Assembly (NCBI GenBank): GCA_038231455.1
Contig: JBBRLI010000007.1
Coordinates: 1-64,000 of the forward strand
DNA: 64,000 nucleotides
Origin: Vulcanimicrobiales bacterium
Lineage (GTDB): Bacteria; Vulcanimicrobiota; Vulcanimicrobiia; Vulcanimicrobiales; Vulcanimicrobiaceae
Direction: 5' to 3'
Positions 59,062 through 64,000 of the stretch are shown here, one piece after another. Numbering within the stretch: the first letter of the stretch is position 1; every line of letters starts with the position of its first letter. The notes under the pieces were generated by a model, which did no database searches, was not told where the DNA came from, and saw only the letters and a list, made by a program, of their open reading frames with translations. Made by a program: the position numbers and the translations under genes.

Positions 59062-59594
59062 GGCGTGCTGCTCGTCCGAGCGGCACCGTTCTGATGCACG
59101 GAGTCGAAAAGCATCGCGGGCGCGGACGGAGCGCTCTGCACGCTCGGGCCGGATTTGCCTTCGAGCAGCGAGAGATGCGTGTACAGCAGGCTGCGCAGTT
59201 CGCTCTTGGCTTTCTCCACGTTCTCGTGCCAACGCTGGAGTTCACGTTTAGCGTCTTCGGTTTGCGCGACGAGATGGCCGTATTCTTTTTCGCCCGAGAG
59301 CCGCGCTTCGGTCTTGATCAGGTCGGCCTCTTTGTGCGCGGCCGCTTTTACTTCATCGGCCGTGCGCTGCGCGAGCAGCAAGGTCGACTGCAGCGACTCT
59401 TCCATCGCCTTGAAGTGGCTGATGCGCTCGCGCAGATCGCCATTCTCCGCTTCGAGCGCGGCGCGCGCTTCAGCGCCGTCCTCGAGCGTCTCGATGACCT
59501 CATCGAGAAACTGGTCGACTTCGGTGCGGTCGTAGCCTTGGAGCTGCTTCTTGAATGTCTTGTGCTGAATGTCGACGACGGTAATCTTCATCAT
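59058..59594 (-). CDS. divIVA: DivIVA-domain cell division protein
   Basis: ITVVDIQHKTFKKQLQGYDRTEVDQFLDEV followed by a coiled coil (TLLLAQRTADEV). Confidence 0.93.
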   Translation of the reverse strand: MMKITVVDIQHKTFKKQLQGYDRTEVDQFLDEVIETLEDGAEARAALEAENGDLRERISHFKAMEESLQSTLLLAQRTADEVKAAAHKEADLIKTEARLSGEKEYGHLVAQTEDAKRELQRWHENVEKAKSELRSLLYTHLSLLEGKSGPSVQSAPSAPAMLFDSVHQNGAARTSSTP

Positions 59595-60043
59595 CAACCT
59601 CGATTCGTTCCAAACGTGACTTTCGCGCCCAAGTCAAGCATCCCGTCGTTATCGAGCGAATCGCGCAGGCCCGCCGCGCTCACGCTCACGCCCGCCGGGA
59701 CGATCAGATAAATGGCGTCGGCCAGTTTTTGAATGCGCCCGTCAATCGTGTACGCGACGCCTGAGGTGAAGTCGACGACGCGCTGCAAGAGACCGCGGTC
59801 CGCACCTTGCAAGTTCACGATCACGACTTGGCGTCCGCGCAGGGCATCGGCAATCTCGGTGACCTCGGCAAAACTGCGCGGCGCAAAAACACCGACGGAA
59901 GCTCCGCCCGCTACCGGGCGCCGGTTTGCATCGGACAGGTTGACCACGTTGCGTTTGGGCGCCGGGGCGTCCATCCCGTCGTAATCTCCGTCTTCTTCCT
60001 CATGCAATGAGAAAAACGAACCGAGCTTCTGAAACAGACTCAT
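59594..60043 (-). CDS. sepF: Cell division protein SepF
   Basis: Amphipathic N-terminus MSLFQKLGSFF; PRSFAEV.EIADAL..VIVNL...RVVDFTSG..Y.IDG. Confidence 0.92.
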   Translation of the reverse strand: MSLFQKLGSFFSLHEEEDGDYDGMDAPAPKRNVVNLSDANRRPVAGGASVGVFAPRSFAEVTEIADALRGRQVVIVNLQGADRGLLQRVVDFTSGVAYTIDGRIQKLADAIYLIVPAGVSVSAAGLRDSLDNDGMLDLGAKVTFGTNRG

Positions 60044-60729
60044 GCGGGTATCCTCTCTCGCCCGGGACGCGGCCCGAAGATCGCCGTGCCAAGACGAATC
60101 ATAGTCGAGCCGTGCGCGATCGCACGCTCCCAGTCACCCGACATTCCAAGTGAAAGCGTAGCACCGCCGACGGCGGCGAAAACATCCTGGGCGCAGGCAA
60201 ACGCCGCATCGGTTTCCGCTCCGTTTTCGGTGATCGGGCCGATTGCCATCACGCCGTCGACGTGCAGACCCTCATCGCGCAACCGCGCGGCAAGCGCCGG
60301 TGCTTCATCCGGTGCAACGCCGAAGCGTTCGCTCGGCGAGATATTCACTTGCACGAGCACGGAAAGCGGCTTGCCCGAAGCGCGCGCGGCCTTTGCAAGC
60401 GCCAGGCCGGCATCGAGTCGGTCGACGCTTTGCACCACATCGAAGAGCGCCGCGATCGGCTTTGCCTTGTTCGTTTGCATGTGACCGATGAAGTGCGTGC
60501 GTACCGTCGGCAGCGCCGCAAGCTTCTCGCGCGCCTCTTGCAAGTAGTTCTCGCCGATGTCCACGAGCCCAGCATCAAGCGCCGCGAGAACCGATTCTCG
60601 CGGCTGCATTTTCGTGACGCCGAGAATCCTCACAGAATCCGACGGCCGCCCTGCGGCGGCGGCGACGGCATCGACGCGCGCTCGAAAATTCTTCACGCGC
60701 TCGCCGATCGTCAGTGACGCGAGCTCCAT
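60040..60729 (-). CDS. yggS: PLP homeostasis protein YggS
   Basis: GVTK, GENYLQE, HFIGHMQTNK, QSVDR, QVN, LSLGMSGD and IRLGTAIFG. Confidence 0.95.
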   Translation of the reverse strand: MELASLTIGERVKNFRARVDAVAAAAGRPSDSVRILGVTKMQPRESVLAALDAGLVDIGENYLQEAREKLAALPTVRTHFIGHMQTNKAKPIAALFDVVQSVDRLDAGLALAKAARASGKPLSVLVQVNISPSERFGVAPDEAPALAARLRDEGLHVDGVMAIGPITENGAETDAAFACAQDVFAAVGGATLSLGMSGDWERAIAHGSTMIRLGTAIFGPRPGRERIPA

Positions 60730-60741
60730 GGACCGACGTCT

Positions 60742-61551
60742 TCAAGACGCAGGAACGGTCCTCCCGCGTCGCACCGCGTAGACGATGAGAACGATGCCGA
60801 TGATAATTTGCGGAACGGTTAAGAGCTGACCGTTCGTAAGGCCGAGAAACGTGAAGCCCGGATCGCGCCAGATCTCCGCGATCGTGCGTCCGATCCCGTA
60901 AATCGTAAACCACGTCCACGCGACGACGCCAGGCGCCGGATGGCGGCGATAGACGTAGAGCACGATCGGAAGCGCGACGATGTCGAGAATGCCCTCGAAG
61001 ATTTGCGAGGGGTAGCGGTAGCCCGAGAAATTCGGAAATTGGATGCAGTAGGGATGATCGGGATTGCAGACCGTCCCCGGCAGCTCGTCGTTGATAAAGT
61101 TGACGATGCGCGTGAGCGCGATCGGAATTGGCAGCAGCACGACGACTTCATCGGCCAGCGTCCCGAACGTGAGCCCGCGATGTTTGCGCAAGAACGCAAG
61201 AATCGCCAGAATCACGCCGACGAGCGCACCGTGGAATGCCATGCCGCCGTTCCACACGGCGATGAAATCGAGCGGATGGGCGAGGTAGTCGGCGAGGTTG
61301 TGTCTCGTGATGACGTCGGCGATGAGGAAGCCGATGCGCCCGCCCAAGAGCACGCCGACGAGCGCGTAGACGAGGAAGTCCTGGATTTCGTCGGTTGTCA
61401 AACCAAGCCGGCGGCGGCCGGCCGGCCGGTTCATCCACAAAAAGACGCAGATGAAGCCAAAAAGGTAAGAAAGCCCGTACCAATGGATGGCGAGCGGCCC
61501 AAGGCGAAACGCGATCGGGTCGATGTTCGGATAGGTAAACCAGTGGGTCAT
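60742..61551 (-). CDS. lgt: Prolipoprotein diacylglyceryl transferase
   Basis: IDPIAF..GP.AIHWYG, GGRIG, GGMAFHG, RIVNFINDEL and YPSQIFE. Confidence 0.93.
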   Translation of the reverse strand: MTHWFTYPNIDPIAFRLGPLAIHWYGLSYLFGFICVFLWMNRPAGRRRLGLTTDEIQDFLVYALVGVLLGGRIGFLIADVITRHNLADYLAHPLDFIAVWNGGMAFHGALVGVILAILAFLRKHRGLTFGTLADEVVVLLPIPIALTRIVNFINDELPGTVCNPDHPYCIQFPNFSGYRYPSQIFEGILDIVALPIVLYVYRRHPAPGVVAWTWFTIYGIGRTIAEIWRDPGFTFLGLTNGQLLTVPQIIIGIVLIVYAVRRGRTVPAS

Positions 61552-61603
61552 GTGCCGCCGCTTACAGGCATGGAGATGCATCCGTCGTAGAATTCGGGTT
61601 GCG

Positions 61604-62329
61604 ATGCACCCGACTTTGAATATCGCGACGGCGTTTCTGGCAGGCCTCGTTTCCTTCGTCTCGCCATGCGTCCTCCCGCTGATCCCCGCCTATCTCTCGT
61701 TCCTGACTGGTTCGAGTTTAGAAGAACTCAAGACCACGCAGACGGCCGATGAGAAGCGCCGCGTGCTCTTGCACGCCCTCAGCTTCGTCGCCGGTTTCAC
61801 CGTGATTTTCTTGCTGCTCGGCCTTTCCGCCAGCGCCATCGGTTCGGTCTTCCTCAACTACAAGGACTGGGTCGCGCGCATCGGCGGCGCGATCGTGATC
61901 GTGCTCGGTCTCAACATGGTCGGTCTCTTCAAGATTCCGTTTCTCGCGATGGACAAACGCCCGCAGTTTCGCTCGGCCACGCGCTCCTATTCCGCGTCGT
62001 TTCTGGTCGGCATCGGGTTTGCTGCGGGCTGGTCGCCATGTATCGGTCCGATCCTCGGATTTATCTTACTGCAGGCATCGCAACAGAAGTACGGTGAGGC
62101 GACGCTGTTCTTGCTGGTCTATTCTGCGGGACTCGCGCTGCCGCTGATGCTCACGGCCGCAGCCGTTTCACAAGCGCTCGGCGTGCTCAACCGCGTGAAG
62201 CGCTACCTTGGCGCAATCGAAATCGGCGCCGGCGCGTTTCTGGTTGCGACCGGTATCGTGATCTTTACCGGCACGTTCACGCGTATTGCGGGCATCTTCT
62301 ATCAATACGTGAAGCCGCCATCATTGTGA
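61604..62329 (+). CDS. ccdA: Cytochrome c biogenesis / disulfide-exchange membrane protein CcdA
   Basis: AGLVSFVSPCVLPLIPAY and GWSPCIGPIL; TAGAAT -10 box at 61588-61593. Confidence 0.92.
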   Translation: MHPTLNIATAFLAGLVSFVSPCVLPLIPAYLSFLTGSSLEELKTTQTADEKRRVLLHALSFVAGFTVIFLLLGLSASAIGSVFLNYKDWVARIGGAIVIVLGLNMVGLFKIPFLAMDKRPQFRSATRSYSASFLVGIGFAAGWSPCIGPILGFILLQASQQKYGEATLFLLVYSAGLALPLMLTAAAVSQALGVLNRVKRYLGAIEIGAGAFLVATGIVIFTGTFTRIAGIFYQYVKPPSL

Positions 62330-62769
62330 GCAGCGTGCTCGTCGCCGCTGCCGTTTTTCTCATTGACCGCCTCACCAAAGCCCAGATCGCATCGACGTTC
62401 ATGCCCGGAGAAAGCCGCCTCATCGTGCCCCATCTACTCTATTTGACCTACGTCCAAAACACGCACGGCGCGTTCGGCCTCTTCGGCGACCGAACGTGGC
62501 TCTTGATCGCCCTCGGCATGGTCGTCCTCGGCGTTTTCTATTTTGCGTTCCGTGAAGCCGCGGCACAGTCGCTGCTCGTACGGCTGGCATTCGGCGCGAT
62601 CCTCGGCGGGGCGCTCGGCAACATGATCGATCGCCTCCAGCGGCACTTCGTCGTCGATTTCATCGACGTGCGCGTCTGGCCGGTCTTTAACGTCGCCGAT
62701 TCGTTCATTACGATCGGGGTAGGACTGCTGTTGCTTGCAAGCGCAAAGCGCCGCCCGGTGACCGCGTGA
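62326..62769 (+). CDS. lspA: Lipoprotein signal peptidase II (copy 1)
   Basis: DRLTK, NTHGAFG, GGALGNMIDR, VVDFID and FNVADS. Confidence 0.92.
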   Translation: MSSVLVAAAVFLIDRLTKAQIASTFMPGESRLIVPHLLYLTYVQNTHGAFGLFGDRTWLLIALGMVVLGVFYFAFREAAAQSLLVRLAFGAILGGALGNMIDRLQRHFVVDFIDVRVWPVFNVADSFITIGVGLLLLASAKRRPVTA

Positions 62770-63215
62770 TCGAACTTCTTGCCGCAATCGTCGCACTCAC
62801 TCTCGATCAGATAACCAAGCTCATTGTCCTTCAGCGCCTCGCGCCGATTGGATCCACCGTCGTCATCCCGCACGTCCTCTCGTTCACCTACGTGCAGAAT
62901 ACGCACGGGGCGTTTGGCATCGGGCCGAGCTCCACGTGGATCTTTGCACTCGTCGCCGCCGCGGTGCTCGTCGCGATCAACGTCATGTTCCGCGATCTCG
63001 CCGCAAAATCGCGACTCGCGCAAATCGCCCTCGGCCTCATCGCCGGCGGCGCAATTGGGAACATCGTCGACCGCTTCCGCCTGCACTTCGTCGTCGACTT
63101 CATCGACTTCAAAATTTGGCAGTACGTTTTCAACGTCGCCGATACGGCGGTAAACGTGGCCGCCGTCTTACTCGTCATCGCCTACATGCGCCGCTCGTCG
63201 CGCGCTCGCACCTGA
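62766..63215 (+). CDS. lspA: Lipoprotein signal peptidase II (copy 2)
   Basis: DQITK, NTHGAFG, GGAIGNIVDR, VVDFID and FNVADT. Confidence 0.92.
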   Translation: MIELLAAIVALTLDQITKLIVLQRLAPIGSTVVIPHVLSFTYVQNTHGAFGIGPSSTWIFALVAAAVLVAINVMFRDLAAKSRLAQIALGLIAGGAIGNIVDRFRLHFVVDFIDFKIWQYVFNVADTAVNVAAVLLVIAYMRRSSRART

Positions 63216-64000
63216 TGCGCGGCAACTTCACCATCGACGAAGTCGATGTCGGCACGCGCATCGACGTCTTCGTGACGCGCCATGCCGAAGGCATTTCCCG
63301 TTCGCGCGTGACGCTTGCGATCAAAGACGGCGCCGTCACCGTCAACGGCCACAAGATCAAACCGAGCCATCCGCTCGAACTCGGCGACATCGTCGAATGC
63401 GAAGTCTACGAAGCCGTCGCCCTCGATGCAAAGCCGCAGAACATTCCGCTGGACATCATCTTCGAAGACGACACGCTGCTGGTGGTCAATAAGGCCGCCG
63501 GGATGGTCACGCATCCCGCGCACGGCACGACCGATGGTACGCTCGTCAACGCGCTCCTCGGACACGTCATGGAACTGCCGGGCGAAACGGTGCGCGCGGG
63601 ACTGGTTCATCGACTGGATCGCGATACGAGCGGTTTGCTCGTCGTTGCAAAGACTCCGGAGGCGCTGGCCACGCTCGGCCGCGCGATGCAGGCGCGCTAC
63701 ATCAAGCGCGAGTATCGCGGCATCGTAAGCGGCATCCCGCGCGATCCCGAAGGCACGATCACGGGCGCGATCGGCCGGGATGCTCGAAACCGTTTACGGT
63801 ACGCGATTCGCACCGACGGCAAACCCGCCGTCACGCACTACACGGTGCGCGAAGAACTTATCCAGGCTGCCGAGTGCGTTTTTCGTCTCGAAACCGGACG
63901 CACGCACCAGATTCGCGTACATCTCGCGGCACTCGGACATCCGCTGCTCTGCGATCCGCTTTACGGCCGTTCCGATACGCGCTTCCCGATCCCGGGTCAA
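63215..64000 (+). CDS. rluD: RluA/RluD-family pseudouridine synthase (runs off the right edge; not in ORF track)
   Basis: ATG 63215 overlaps the lspA stop; S4 domain RIDVFV...SRSRV, VNKAAGMVTHP, LVHRLDRDTSG and LETGRTHQIRVH. Confidence 0.93.
   Translation, partial: MRGNFTIDEVDVGTRIDVFVTRHAEGISRSRVTLAIKDGAVTVNGHKIKPSHPLELGDIVECEVYEAVALDAKPQNIPLDIIFEDDTLLVVNKAAGMVTHPAHGTTDGTLVNALLGHVMELPGETVRAGLVHRLDRDTSGLLVVAKTPEALATLGRAMQARYIKREYRGIVSGIPRDPEGTITGAIGRDARNRLRYAIRTDGKPAVTHYTVREELIQAAECVFRLETGRTHQIRVHLAALGHPLLCDPLYGRSDTRFPIPGQ

Overview
Gene-dense, high-GC bacterial chromosome segment. No tRNA, rRNA, CRISPR array, transposase or integrase was recognised. Gene order is Terrabacteria/Firmicutes-like (mfd-prsA-yabN/mazG-yabO, whiA-gap-pgk-tpiA-gpmI, yggS-sepF-divIVA, lspA-rluD), yet two LptD-like outer-membrane proteins are present. 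This suggests a diderm Terrabacterium such as Ca. Eremiobacterota/Vulcanimicrobiota (inference only). Bases 1-33.8 kb are a large cell-surface glycan region: GT2/GT4 enzymes, nucleotide-sugar enzymes, Wzx and MurJ flippases, a WaaL/Wzy-like protein, a priming sugar transferase, four GT-C-like membrane proteins and two small families of Ig-like domains. Bases 34-49.7 kb are housekeeping and glycolysis genes, 49.7-57 kb chemotaxis and flagellar genes, and 57-64 kb cell-division and lipoprotein-processing genes. The best candidate for an undescribed system is a tandemly duplicated operon module of an LptD/OstA-like beta-barrel plus a secreted CBM20-like partner (22.1-26.9 kb). Other highlights: a GT-C fused through an internal lipobox to an Ig-like domain; a ~400-bp nested palindromic element with strand-symmetric composition skew in its flanks; repeated apparent CTG/ATT start codons; an MCP interrupted at TTT-TAA behind a sigma28-like promoter; a shared promoter motif at flgG and the flgF-like gene; and a lone GvpL/F gene coupled to divIVA. 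All family calls come from motif recognition by eye, not from database searches.
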